Assembly (NCBI GenBank): GCA_048882045.1
Contig: JBHLRZ010000003.1
Location: forward strand, 1-64,000
DNA: 64,000 nucleotides
Reading direction: 5' to 3'
Source: Candidatus Thorarchaeota archaeon
GTDB taxonomy: Archaea > Asgardarchaeota > Thorarchaeia > Thorarchaeales > Thorarchaeaceae
The translations under genes were made by a program, and so were the position numbers. Of this stretch, positions 1 to 9,098 are shown one piece after another. The notes beneath the pieces were generated by a model. It saw only the letters and a list, made by a program, of their open reading frames with translations, ran no database searches and was not told where the DNA came from. Positions within the stretch are counted from its first letter, which is position 1, and every line of letters begins with the position of its first letter.

Positions 1-9
1 TGAGGTTGA

Positions 10-1200
10 TTAGACGTCATCAAAGATAGATTGCTTGATGTTTGTGATTTTGTCACCTTTCATTATCAGACTTCGGAGCTTGAGTGCAATCTTTCTGCTA
101 CCTAGAGCGATACCACCCACAATGATATCATCCTTAAGGACCGCTTTGAAGTACTTCCCCTCCTCCATCTCAACCGATACAACGGTTTCATACTCTGGAG
201 ACTCTGGGTGGACCAAGCCGATGCTTGTCAAATCGATTCCTGCTACCTGCAGTTGATTCGATGGAGTGATTCCTTCAAACTTTGCACTCCCAAACTCTAG
301 CATGTTCTGAGCCGCGATTCTGGAGGTAGCTGTAGCCCAAGGAATAATCCCCCACCAAGTGCCGTTGAATTCCATGCAGTCCCCGGCTGCAAAAATCCCC
401 TTAACAGACGTCTGCATGTGTTCATCAACAGTTATCCCCATGTTGTAGTCGATGCCTGAGTTCTTGGCAATGATGGTGTTCGATCTGACACCTGTGGCAA
501 TCACAACTAGATCACCTGGTACGTGGTCACCTTGTGTGGATACAATACCAGTAGCATCATCTTCACCTGTGATGCCCTTGCAAGCAAATCCAGTAAGGAC
601 CTGTATACCGATCTTGTCTAATTGCTTGATGAGAACACTACTTCCAAGATCATCTAGCTGTATGGGTAGAAGGCGGTTATCATAGTCGACAACAATGGGC
701 TCTCCACCAACCTCCTTCATTGCAGCTGCAAGCTCAATACCAAGAATCCCTCCACCAATGACAATCTCACGACCTGCACCTTTTACTGCTTCCCTGATAT
801 CCAGTGCATCATCAATCGTTCGAATCACGTGGACGTTGTTCTTGTGGAGTCCTTCGAAAGGCGGAATATGGGGTCGACAACCCACGGCAATCAGTATAGA
901 ATCGTAATCACCATAGTCTTCTGCAGTTGAAATGACTCGTTTCCTTTTGGTATCAATTTGAAAGACAGGAGAAGAAAGATACAGGTCGATGTCGTTCTTC
1001 AGGTACCAGTCTAGATCGTATCTGATGGTTTCTTTTATTGTACGTCGATTAGCAACAAGGTCAATTAGATTTGGTCGAGGATAATACGGATGTCGCTCAT
1101 CGGTAAAGACATCAATTTCAATTGTCTCATTCTTACTTCGAATCTCACGGCATGCAGTGGTTGCAGCTACACCATTACCTACAATGGCCAGTCTAGTCAT
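10..1200 (-). CDS. NAD(P)/FAD-dependent oxidoreductase (NADH:rubredoxin oxidoreductase / NirB N-terminal-like)
   Basis: FAD motif IVGNGVAA, YYPRPNL, NADH motif VIGGGILGIE, ATGVRSN, TSVKGIFAAGDC. Confidence 0.85.
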   Translation of the reverse strand: MTRLAIVGNGVAATTACREIRSKNETIEIDVFTDERHPYYPRPNLIDLVANRRTIKETIRYDLDWYLKNDIDLYLSSPVFQIDTKRKRVISTAEDYGDYDSILIAVGCRPHIPPFEGLHKNNVHVIRTIDDALDIREAVKGAGREIVIGGGILGIELAAAMKEVGGEPIVVDYDNRLLPIQLDDLGSSVLIKQLDKIGIQVLTGFACKGITGEDDATGIVSTQGDHVPGDLVVIATGVRSNTIIAKNSGIDYNMGITVDEHMQTSVKGIFAAGDCMEFNGTWWGIIPWATATSRIAAQNMLEFGSAKFEGITPSNQLQVAGIDLTSIGLVHPESPEYETVVSVEMEEGKYFKAVLKDDIIVGGIALGSRKIALKLRSLIMKGDKITNIKQSIFDDV

Positions 1201-1331
1201 CAGCCTCGCTCCTCTGGTCCTTCAACACTGCTGTTTCCTTATTGAGTATGTCGCAATAGTAGAATTTCAGATGATTGGAAGTTGTTACTTCCCATCACAC
1301 TCTTTTTTAATGGCCATGAATCCCAGCTCAT

Positions 1332-2087
1332 ATGAGTAGCAGGGGACATGATATTAACAAAGTACAAGCAATCCTCTTTGACCAGCACCTCACAATAACG
1401 ACTGTTACTGAAGACTCAGGCACAGTAACAAAAAGGTTGGCAACATCGGTAGGAATCGACCTAGAGGACTTTACAGAGGAAGATTTCAAGAAAGCTCGAG
1501 ATAGTTGTGACGAATCTTGGCGCAAGTATCAGATTGATAATGATGTAGGCATTGATTTTGGGAATGAGATCCATCAATGGGCAATTTATGATAGGATGTT
1601 TTTCGACGCTCTTGGATTGATTGACATCGAGGATGAAACTATCATCAGACTTGAGGAAGCCTGGAGAGAATTTGTAACTGAGTGGGAAGTGATTCTACCG
1701 GACGCAAAAGCAATACTCGCAGAACTGCAATCCAGAGGCTATCTCTTAGGTCTATGTACCAGACGACCTGAAAATCCAACACACTTGCTCAAAAAGTGGG
1801 AGATTCTGGATTATTTCACCACAATGCAGTGGACCTCAGTTCCCGGGTACGCTAAGCCAAGTCCCTATACACTGATTCTTGCAGCGGATGAGTTAGATGT
1901 CAATCCCCTCCGATGTGCATTTGTTGGGAACTGGGTCAACTCCGACATCCATGCCGCCCAGAGAGCGGGAATGATTCCAGTTCTGACAACATGGGCAAAT
2001 CCAGAAGAAGCAAAATTAGCTCCTGAGGGGATTATTATCATTAACAAAATCTCAGAATTGCTAAACCTATTTCGAGGACCGGAATGA
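1332..2087 (+). CDS. HAD-superfamily hydrolase (degenerate motifs)
   Basis: AILFDQHLTI (motif I-like), KPSP, AFVGNWVNSDIHAAQRAGM (motif IV-like). Confidence 0.75.
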   Translation: MSSRGHDINKVQAILFDQHLTITTVTEDSGTVTKRLATSVGIDLEDFTEEDFKKARDSCDESWRKYQIDNDVGIDFGNEIHQWAIYDRMFFDALGLIDIEDETIIRLEEAWREFVTEWEVILPDAKAILAELQSRGYLLGLCTRRPENPTHLLKKWEILDYFTTMQWTSVPGYAKPSPYTLILAADELDVNPLRCAFVGNWVNSDIHAAQRAGMIPVLTTWANPEEAKLAPEGIIIINKISELLNLFRGPE

Positions 2088-2139
2088 CTTTTCTTTCGTA
2101 AACAGCGATAGGGTGAATTGACTCGACTCTTTCTTGAAC

Positions 2140-3462
2140 CTACACATCTTCTGATTCTTCATCACTCGTTTCCCTTTCGACCTCTGACCTCTTCAAGAGA
2201 TTCTGTATCGGGAGGAGGATAGTTCTGTCGATAAATCTAAGAACCGTGTTCTTGAAGGATGAGAATAACCGTAATGGAAGAATAAACCAATTGAGGAACA
2301 CTCGGAACATTTTATCCTTCATAGTCGAACGCTCAGGATATCCGATATAAGCGAGAGTGTGTTCACGAAGAATATCTTCCAGAGCCACAACAAGCGCATC
2401 TTTCGCCAAAGAGGATAGATCGAGTCCTTTGAAGACATCACTCTTACTGAAGTCCTTCTTTTCAATCACGCTCTTCCATTTCAGATACTTTGCCTTTTCA
2501 ATTACATCAGTGAGAGAGTATGCAATTTCCCCGATATAGGGTACAAGGATTCGCTGGGTGTCAGTTGGAGTGGGTTCTGTTGCTAGCTCCTCATGCATCA
2601 TTTGAATGGGTCGTAACTGCTCAGCTGGAGGTTTGAACCAAAGTGAGTGGAGGAGACCTTCGATCTTCCGTAGAGTCTGCTTGTCTCTCGTTTCAATGTG
2701 ATCGGGAATCTTGTCTAGAACCTTCTCTTTGGCAAAATCAAACGCTCCTACACTAAGCTTCCTCCAGACTCTATCAAGTTCAATAACAGACTCAGCGTAT
2801 CTATGAAATTTGAAGTCCAGAGATTCTTCGATATCAGTATCGGTGAGTACATCAAACGCTTTTACGGTATAGTCCTGATTTCCTCCGGCAATTTCCCAGA
2901 GTCTTTTTGTCATGAATTCAAAAAATCCAGATGATTCAGGTCGCTCAATCCTCAGTGCATGATCTCCCGGTTGAGCTACAATGTAGCAAGTCTGTAAGGC
3001 ATCCTCTAATGAGTCATATGAGGACAAATCTGAAGGAAACATATCCATCGCACCGTGGCCTGTAGTGCTCCATGCAGAGAGTTTTCCTGAGTCTGTGTCT
3101 CGTTCAACAATTACTCGTTCTTTATCTCCGAGATGATCAAAACTCTGAGTGAATCCCTTTGAATAAGCCATCACCGCATAGACCACGAAGCGGTCCTTGT
3201 TCGGTTCAAGTCCAGGTATCCTTAGAATAAACCCTACAGCATCTAGTGGTTCGCCACTTCCCAACCACGCTCCAGTAGCTTGATCAAACTCCCAACGGTC
3301 TCCGAGGTGGTAGAATACTTCGCGGAGTGCTCCTAAGTCTTGGGCTTCCTTTGCTTTCTGGAGTGTTTCTTGTTCCCAAGCTTTGTATTCCTTCATCATC
3401 CTAGACATACTCTTACGTTCCAGTTCAAGCCATTTTGTTTCGATCTTGAGCTTGACCTTCAT
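2140..3462 (-). CDS. hypothetical protein, N-terminal region resembling Vps62/NPP1-like fold
   Basis: 440-aa ORF; DHLGDKERVIV ... STTGHG ... IVAQPGDHAL; acidic tail. Confidence 0.55.
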   Translation of the reverse strand: MKVKLKIETKWLELERKSMSRMMKEYKAWEQETLQKAKEAQDLGALREVFYHLGDRWEFDQATGAWLGSGEPLDAVGFILRIPGLEPNKDRFVVYAVMAYSKGFTQSFDHLGDKERVIVERDTDSGKLSAWSTTGHGAMDMFPSDLSSYDSLEDALQTCYIVAQPGDHALRIERPESSGFFEFMTKRLWEIAGGNQDYTVKAFDVLTDTDIEESLDFKFHRYAESVIELDRVWRKLSVGAFDFAKEKVLDKIPDHIETRDKQTLRKIEGLLHSLWFKPPAEQLRPIQMMHEELATEPTPTDTQRILVPYIGEIAYSLTDVIEKAKYLKWKSVIEKKDFSKSDVFKGLDLSSLAKDALVVALEDILREHTLAYIGYPERSTMKDKMFRVFLNWFILPLRLFSSFKNTVLRFIDRTILLPIQNLLKRSEVERETSDEESEDV

Positions 3463-3552
3463 CAGAGTTGTCCTCGTTCAATTTTGTGTGAGTGTACTGT
3501 CTTAGAACTTATGGTAGTTATAGACCTGCACGTTATAGAGTCCACTTATGGA

Positions 3553-4623
3553 TTACGCAATCACCACTGCAACTTCCAAGACTTTGCCAAGAATATTTCC
3601 AACATCACTTGAGGATTCATCGACGAGATTTGGACTTCTAACATAGGATGCACGATTTATTATCGAAAACTTTGATGACTGATGAACAATTCGTACAATG
3701 GGACCTGAGGATGTAATGATTCTTTCAGCCATCCAACTTCCATCCTCAAGTTCTTTCATCTGTTGCATTTTGTCGATGATTCGATTGAGTGTATCATCAT
3801 CAGCCTTTATCACAAAACGCTCATTCTCAGAACTAGAGAGACCCATATGAAATTCAAGTAGATTGACCCCTCCCAGAGGAACCTCCAGACTGAACTCGAG
3901 AAGTGCAATTGATCGTCGTCGTTCACTCATTTGAAGAAAGACACGGGATTTAGTTTTGTGCAAGTAGTGATCCAAGTGTTTGTATCGCGTTCCCACATAG
4001 TACTGCAAGTGGTTCAAATCGTCCTCAAATGATTGAGCTCTCGTTTTCCGATAACCATTAAGATAGACACCAGTGCAAGAGAGCATCAGGACTAAAGACC
4101 CTGCAACACATAGGGGAGATCCATTAATTTCTAGGAAGAACATACTTGAAGAGAATGCCGCCCATACAAAGATTCCAAACCATGCTATGTCATTGAGATC
4201 ATCAAAGTATCTCTTGTCATAACGATTGACCTTAAGGCTCATGTTTTCAAAGAATAGTGGAATATCACCCATGTGGATATCGACCTCTCGGAAAACACCT
4301 TTGCCATTTAATTTGGAAGGATCGAGAAATGTCAATTTCTCCTTGTTGGACACACCCCATGCATAGTAGGCGCGTGTCGCAGGGAAGCCAATTGCTATCT
4401 GAGAACCAAAGAGGAGAAGAGATGATGTGACATCAGGTCTGGTTGAGCAAACAAGCAAGAGAAACACCGCATAGACTACTGCCAATAACAAACTGAAAGA
4501 AAACATCCTTAGATGATTATTCCTAGCCTGAGAACTGTCTACAACAATCAGTCTTTTCTCAGACTTCTCCTCCAGACGGCTCATCCAGTCAATCTCCCTG
4601 CCACACGAAGTGGTGACTGACAT
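3553..4623 (-). CDS. hypothetical membrane protein (about 4 TM plus soluble C-terminal domain)
   Basis: 356-aa ORF with two pairs of hydrophobic segments. Confidence 0.6.
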   Translation of the reverse strand: MSVTTSCGREIDWMSRLEEKSEKRLIVVDSSQARNNHLRMFSFSLLLAVVYAVFLLLVCSTRPDVTSSLLLFGSQIAIGFPATRAYYAWGVSNKEKLTFLDPSKLNGKGVFREVDIHMGDIPLFFENMSLKVNRYDKRYFDDLNDIAWFGIFVWAAFSSSMFFLEINGSPLCVAGSLVLMLSCTGVYLNGYRKTRAQSFEDDLNHLQYYVGTRYKHLDHYLHKTKSRVFLQMSERRRSIALLEFSLEVPLGGVNLLEFHMGLSSSENERFVIKADDDTLNRIIDKMQQMKELEDGSWMAERIITSSGPIVRIVHQSSKFSIINRASYVRSPNLVDESSSDVGNILGKVLEVAVVIA

Positions 4624-4667
4624 AAAGCCTTGCTGTTCAAAGCGATTGTGAGAAAGTGAACTTATTT

Positions 4668-5150
4668 CTAATCGATGAAGAAGACATCTCCCTGATTTTC
4701 TACAGCCTCAATACGTATGTGCATGTCATCTTCAAGAACATGTGTTGCATCTTCTACCTTCACTATTGCAATTGCTCCATGTTGTGTTGCATACGTTGCA
4801 AACTGACTGATTGATTCTCCAAACTCTGCAAGCACAGCTGTCACTTCTTCAAAGAGTGAATCAAGTGCTGCGGGATTTTCATTGAAGTAGTTTTCCAAGT
4901 CATGGTGAAGAATGGGTATGGAGTCATTGTCCCATTTTCGTTCGAGGTCCTTAGGTTCACATATAATTACCACTTTACCAGAGAACTCACCACTCTCACT
5001 AACTGAAGTTCCTCTAAGAATGGGGAATACTGGAACATCTTCATCAATCAATGTTTGACAGCCTCTACCGTGCAGTGTGATATAGAACGATTGGTAAGCC
5101 AGAACATTAACGTTTCGGAGATGGAGTAGAACATTGTCAGCTACCTCCAT
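4668..5150 (-). CDS. stand-alone PEP-utilising enzyme mobile (phosphohistidine swivel)-like domain, His absent
   Basis: LRGTSVSESGEFSGKVVII...AVLAEFGESISQFATYATQHGAIAIVKVEDATHVLED; start uncertain (ATG 5150, or TTG 5051 with GAGG upstream); the track start at 5192 collides with the divergent gene. Confidence 0.55.
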   Translation of the reverse strand: MEVADNVLLHLRNVNVLAYQSFYITLHGRGCQTLIDEDVPVFPILRGTSVSESGEFSGKVVIICEPKDLERKWDNDSIPILHHDLENYFNENPAALDSLFEEVTAVLAEFGESISQFATYATQHGAIAIVKVEDATHVLEDDMHIRIEAVENQGDVFFID

Positions 5151-5191
5151 CCTAATAACGGGATTCGTCTGAGAGAGAACAAGGTGTTTCA

Positions 5192-5719
5192 ATGGCTATC
5201 TACGAGTTCGAAGGAAGAGTTCCAAAGATTGGAAAGACATCATATGTGAGCTCCTCCGCTTCTGTTATTGGCAAGGTCACTATCGGAGAAGAGTGCTACA
5301 TAGCCCCAGGTGCAGTTGTAAAGGGAGACTATGGTGAGATCAGGATTGGCGACGGCTGCAGTGTGCAGGACAATGTTATCATCCACGCAAGACCTGATGA
5401 AATCACTGTCATTGGGAACAATGTGACACTTGGCCACGGATGCATCGTTCATAACGCTACAATCAAGGACGAAGCGGTCATTGGAATGGGTGCCATTGTA
5501 TCAGACTATGCTGTGGTCGGTCAATGGTGCATCGTTGGGGAAGGTGCTGTTGTTCGAGCACGTTTTGAAATTCCCGATGAGAGAATAGTTGTTGGAGTTC
5601 CAGCGAAAGAGATAGGAAACGTTCAAGAGAAGCATAAGGAAGAACTCTCTAGATTCAAAGCCATCTATCGGAATCTCGCAGGTCGATATCCAACAGGTTT
5701 GAAAAAACTGAGGGAATAA
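5192..5719 (+). CDS. gamma-carbonic anhydrase family (hexapeptide repeat, YrdA/PaaY-like)
   Basis: Hexapeptide repeats; VQDNVIIH, TLGHGCIVH metal-binding His; VGVPAK. Confidence 0.9.
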   Translation: MAIYEFEGRVPKIGKTSYVSSSASVIGKVTIGEECYIAPGAVVKGDYGEIRIGDGCSVQDNVIIHARPDEITVIGNNVTLGHGCIVHNATIKDEAVIGMGAIVSDYAVVGQWCIVGEGAVVRARFEIPDERIVVGVPAKEIGNVQEKHKEELSRFKAIYRNLAGRYPTGLKKLRE

Positions 5720-5721
5720 AC

Positions 5722-5751
5722 AGAGAAAGAGGGTAGAGCCCTCTTTACTCT
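5722..5751. terminator. inverted-repeat hairpin between convergent genes
   Basis: AAAGAGGG(5726-33)/CCCTCTTT(5739-46), plus AGAG/CTCT outer pairs. Confidence 0.5.
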
Positions 5752-5752
5752 T

Positions 5753-6514
5753 CTAAACAAGTGAAACCATGTGGTCTCTGTTGAATCTACTAATGGCTAA
5801 TATCCAAGTCACGACAAACAGGACAGCTGCAATCATTATAGTAATTAGATTTGTGAACAGAACCGCGTTTGGATCCATCGCTCCTGCAGCATCAAGAGTG
5901 ACCATGGGTAAGAGCATTGGTAGAATGAAAACCATTATAGTTGCTCCAGAAGTCTGATACGCTTCATAGACACGACTCACTCTACCACTAATGAGTATCA
6001 TAATGGAATTCATTGCAAGAATCATAAGAGGTCCCGCACCTAAGAGTAGAAGCAGACCTCGTATATCAGGAAAGAGCATCAGTGGTAAACGTGAGATCAT
6101 GAACATAATAATAGTTCCAATCTCAGTGATGAAAAGAGAGCCCAGCAGTAGCGCCATACTTGGAATAAATGAGCTCAAAACTTTTCCAACAAGTAGTTCT
6201 TGGTCTGTCAGAGGAGTACAAAGGAGAGGTTCAAGTGTATTCTGTTCGCGTTCTCCTACCAAGGCATTTGCAGCAATGAGAGATGCAGGAATTATTGCAA
6301 ACACACCAATCATCGGTGAAAGAATAGGACTCATGATTTTCAGAACAGCTACTGCTTCTTCAGCAGGTGCTGCAAAAGCAAGGAAACCAACGAGTAAAAG
6401 AATCATTAACGGACCAACAGCTGAAACTAAAATCAGTCCATATTTTACATAGCTTACTTTCAAAGCCATCTTGAGGTCTGTTTTTGCTACAATCAATGAT
6501 TTGCTGAATGCCAT
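5753..6514 (-). CDS. ABC-2 type transporter permease
   Basis: 6 TM; VGEREQNTLEPLLCTPLTDQELLVGK signature. Confidence 0.9.
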   Translation of the reverse strand: MAFSKSLIVAKTDLKMALKVSYVKYGLILVSAVGPLMILLLVGFLAFAAPAEEAVAVLKIMSPILSPMIGVFAIIPASLIAANALVGEREQNTLEPLLCTPLTDQELLVGKVLSSFIPSMALLLGSLFITEIGTIIMFMISRLPLMLFPDIRGLLLLLGAGPLMILAMNSIMILISGRVSRVYEAYQTSGATIMVFILPMLLPMVTLDAAGAMDPNAVLFTNLITIMIAAVLFVVTWILAISRFNRDHMVSLV

Positions 6515-7452
6515 TAGTCATTACCTCCATTGACGACCTCAAGATAGAGATCCTCGAGTGATAATTCTTCCTCAGCAAATTCTATAATCTTGATACCATC
6601 TGATAGAATGGCTTGCATCAAAGTGGAGTTATTCTCTGTTGGATTCTTAATTGTCACCAATATGGAATCGACTTCGTCTTTGATATCTTCAACAAAGTCC
6701 ATTGTCTTCGCAATAGAATGTGCTTTTTCAACATCACCAACTATCCTAATTCGGAATTCTTGTTTTGCTAGTAATTTAGTACGCAATTCTTGGGTGTTTC
6801 CCTCTAGTAAGATACGTCCCTTATCGATTATAGCAATTCTGTCACATACTCTTTGTACCTCAGGTAGGTTGTGTGAGTTGATGAAGAACGTTTGCTTATA
6901 CTGTTTTGACAGGTTGAGAATTAGCTCTCTAACCCTTTTCGCCGCAATTGGGTCTAAGGCACTCGTAGGCTCATCAAGAAGTAATACTCTTGGTCTGTGA
7001 AGTATTGCTCTACACAAAGCAAGTCGCTGACGATTGCCCGTACTCAACTCACCAGCTTTGTCATCCTTTCGATCCCATAGTTCCATGAACCGGAGGAGTT
7101 CTTCAATCCTTTCGGGGATTTCTTGTTCTGGAACATCATACAACCTTGCGAAGTATTCCAGGTTTTCGGAAACGGTCAGTGTTTGATAGATAGTGTGATT
7201 GCCTTCCTCGGGTAGTACTCCAGTTATCTCACGAACTTGAACAGGGTTCTCAACAATATCATATTCGCGAATAGTCGCAGTACCTTCAGTTGGTTTCAGC
7301 AATGTGCTCAGAAGTCGTGTTGTTGTTGACTTGCCAGCTCCATTTGGCCCTAACAAACCGAAGATGGTACCTTCAGGAATGTTAAGGTCCATATGGTCGA
7401 CAGCAACAAGGTCTCCAAAATGCTTTGTAAGTCCGGAAATCGTAACTTCCAA
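6514..7452 (-). CDS. ABC transporter ATP-binding protein
   Basis: GPNGAGKST Walker A, LSTGNRQ signature, LLLDEPT Walker B, NSH switch; coupled to permease. Confidence 0.95.
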   Translation of the reverse strand: MEVTISGLTKHFGDLVAVDHMDLNIPEGTIFGLLGPNGAGKSTTTRLLSTLLKPTEGTATIREYDIVENPVQVREITGVLPEEGNHTIYQTLTVSENLEYFARLYDVPEQEIPERIEELLRFMELWDRKDDKAGELSTGNRQRLALCRAILHRPRVLLLDEPTSALDPIAAKRVRELILNLSKQYKQTFFINSHNLPEVQRVCDRIAIIDKGRILLEGNTQELRTKLLAKQEFRIRIVGDVEKAHSIAKTMDFVEDIKDEVDSILVTIKNPTENNSTLMQAILSDGIKIIEFAEEELSLEDLYLEVVNGGND

Positions 7453-7517
7453 ATTCTACCACGTTCCTTTGATTACCCTATCCGAAGCAAGATAAAAACG
7501 TGATTGACGAGGAAAAA

Positions 7518-7769
7518 CTACGCAGACATGATTTTTTCAACTACTGCTGTTTGAGTGTCTTTGATTCCAGGAATCACGTGAATCCGTCTGACAGTGAGCT
7601 CGTAGAGGTGTTCGAGGTTATTCGCTTCAAGTAAAACGACTATGTCGTAGGAACCAGTGGTAACTGCGACTTTTGTTGCTTCGTCAATCTGCCTGAGTTG
7701 TTCTACAACTTCATCAGTCTTTCCTATCTCAATCTCCATCAGCACATATGCCAAAACTTTGTCTGTCAT
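7518..7769 (-). CDS. stand-alone Lrp/AsnC ligand-binding (RAM) domain protein
   Basis: AYVLMEIE...VTTGSYDIVVLLEA...IPGIKDTQTAVV; no HTH. Confidence 0.85.
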   Translation of the reverse strand: MTDKVLAYVLMEIEIGKTDEVVEQLRQIDEATKVAVTTGSYDIVVLLEANNLEHLYELTVRRIHVIPGIKDTQTAVVEKIMSA

Positions 7770-7782
7770 TTTTCTAACTCCT

Positions 7783-9066
7783 TCATCTATAATCCTTGAT
7801 CGTTACAAGGGTCTCAACGTCATTTATTCCATGTATCTTCTGAATCTTCTTCAGAATCAATGACCGTGTTTTCGCCAAGTTTCTACTCTTGATTGTCAGC
7901 AAATAATCATGACGGCCAGCAAGTGCTGCTGCTGTTTCCACTCCCTTTATGTTAAACAACTCTGGAAGCAGGTCTCCTGTCAGGGGTTTGACTTTGATGA
8001 GGACAATCGAACGTACATCCGACGCCTGGAGGGCAATAACCCCGATCATGACAAGAATGACACCGAACACCTTCAATGACCACAGGAATGCATTTGCGTT
8101 TATCACATCGAATACACCAGGGATTATCAGATTGCCAATGAGTGTCACAGGGATTCCAAGAACGACTGAGATAGAAGAGAGTGAGTTTACTACAGCCATC
8201 GATCCTCTACCCAGTGCTCGTACATACATCACTATGGACAGGAAGGTTGCGAGAGAGGTACCAACCATAAGTCCTAGCAGAGGTATAAAGTGAGTAACCA
8301 TCGACTCCCAGGATTGGGAACCGAAGAAGGGAACTGAGAACAGACTGTAAACCAGATTAAGAACCAAGAGACTCCAGACACGCATGTTTAATGAGTCCAC
8401 CCTGAGACCTGGCCGCACCTCATATCGCTTGGCCAACCTCTGATTGTAAGTCACAAAAGCTGATGAGATGTTCATTGGGACAAGTACTATCATGAGGGTG
8501 AGGATGTCAAACCCCGCGGGAGCGGCAGCAATGAGGAGTACTCCGAACAAAATCGAAATGATTGATTGGACTTCAATGATTGTGGGAGTGTCCTTCTCAG
8601 CTATTAGATCACCAACCAATAGATAGATGATTACAAGCTGACCGTATGGTAGCACTGTCGAAGCATCTGAAGAACCTATCAGAATATAATACGCAAGAGT
8701 GGATATGCCCGCAAAGACTCCTGCGGCTGCTACGTAGAACATTGGTTTCTTAGGGAGTAACTGTAGCTTACCAAAGTCTGGATCAAGACTATAACCTAGT
8801 GGACGACGCGGTCCATTTCCTCTCCGTTTGATACTTAGAAAAGTAACTGCGAAAAAGGTCACAATGAAACTGGTCCACTGGGCAAGAAACCCGTATGTGA
8901 GAGGATCTATTGCAGCTGTGTTGAGAGCAACATCATCGAATAATACAGAAAATGTTCGCATTACTCCAGACCCAAGTGCAAGAGTATAGAATACAGTTGC
9001 TGAAGACCGTTTACTTACAGGTCGCTGATTACGACTGCTCACAACTATACTCCCCCTCTCTATCAA
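7783..9066 (-). CDS. EamA/DMT-type 10-TM transporter fused to C-terminal Lrp/AsnC (RAM) domain
   Basis: About 10 hydrophobic helices in two DMT-like repeats (DASTVLPY; GSMAVVNSLSS); C-terminal SIVLIKVKP...LAGRHDYLLTIK...IHGINDVETLV. Confidence 0.75.
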   Translation of the reverse strand: MIERGSIVVSSRNQRPVSKRSSATVFYTLALGSGVMRTFSVLFDDVALNTAAIDPLTYGFLAQWTSFIVTFFAVTFLSIKRRGNGPRRPLGYSLDPDFGKLQLLPKKPMFYVAAAGVFAGISTLAYYILIGSSDASTVLPYGQLVIIYLLVGDLIAEKDTPTIIEVQSIISILFGVLLIAAAPAGFDILTLMIVLVPMNISSAFVTYNQRLAKRYEVRPGLRVDSLNMRVWSLLVLNLVYSLFSVPFFGSQSWESMVTHFIPLLGLMVGTSLATFLSIVMYVRALGRGSMAVVNSLSSISVVLGIPVTLIGNLIIPGVFDVINANAFLWSLKVFGVILVMIGVIALQASDVRSIVLIKVKPLTGDLLPELFNIKGVETAAALAGRHDYLLTIKSRNLAKTRSLILKKIQKIHGINDVETLVTIKDYR

Positions 9067-9098
9067 TCCCCAGAGGTGGTAATGTCCACCAAGGACTT

